A DNA stretch of 64,000 nucleotides from NCBI GenBank assembly GCA_013265495.1, contig MU058103.1:372001-436000 (forward strand), read 5' to 3'. The translations under genes and the position numbers were made by a program. The notes beneath the pieces were generated by a model. It saw only the letters and a program-made list of their open reading frames with translations, had not been told where the DNA came from and made no database searches. Positions 63,601 through 64,000 of this stretch are shown piece by piece. The DNA is from Vicugna vicugna. Taxonomy: Eukaryota. Each line of letters starts with the position of its first letter. The first letter of the stretch is position 1.

Positions 63601-64000
63601 AGTTTATTTGATATATTTAATTAGCATTCTTGAAGACCTATTTTGCGAGGTTTGAGAGTAGAGAGGTAAGTCATAGCTATTCCATCAAGCTACTGATGGC
63701 AAGAAGGCCAGTACATATGTATATGGAAAACAGGATGAGTTATTTTGGCTTGTGAAAAGCTCACAGGGCTGTGAGGAGTGAAGGAAGAAAGTGTTTCTTC
63801 AGCATCTATTGGGTGTTAGGGCCTTTTCTAGAGATTTAACTCATATATTTACTTAAGTATTCATGGAAAAACCTATAATTGTGATTTTATCATGCCTGAT
63901 TTATTTATGGAAATACTGAAATTCTAAATAATTTGAGTATAGTTGTTGTTTCAATAAGTAGTAAATTCATATTTAAACATTTGGTTTTAGATTCCTGAAT

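Noticed and set aside
1-64000. Protein-coding genes from the six-frame ORF track; CRISPR arrays, operons or prokaryotic defence systems
   Set aside because: All ORFs are 166 aa or shorter, many start at non-ATG codons or sit in repeats, and none resembles a cellular protein I recognise. The DNA is mammalian and has no repeat-spacer arrays.

Overview
Eukaryotic, not prokaryotic, DNA: an AT-rich, CpG-poor stretch of a mammalian genome. It is most likely a camelid, judged from a Vic-1-type tRNA-Ala SINE at 50615-50739, artiodactyl-type L1 3' ends, and no ruminant Bov-A/BovB or pig PRE elements seen. I found no protein-coding gene, RNA gene, CRISPR array or CpG island. Many listed ORFs are repeat-derived and none resembles a cellular protein I recognise. 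Much of the window is ancient interspersed repeat (MIR, L2, L3, MaLR/ERVL LTRs, hAT and Tigger DNA transposons), plus several younger L1 insertions and a 187-nt assembly gap. It looks like a large intron or a gene desert; LTR orientation and splice signals weakly suggest an intron of a + strand transcript, but I cannot name the host gene. The best-supported unusual item is a 172-nt retrocopy of an unidentified polyadenylated RNA 3' end, with AATAAA, A-tail, 16-bp TSD and an L1 endonuclease site, nested inside an oddly rearranged L1. Other leads are a 44-nt candidate exon with strong splice sites, an apparently transposon-free block of about 3 kb (17.2-20.3 kb) with promoter/enhancer-like motif clusters, and a near-consensus CTCF site. 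I see no evidence of a wholly new biological system. Repeat subfamily names come from recalled consensus sequences, not a RepeatMasker run, and boundaries of old repeats are approximate.
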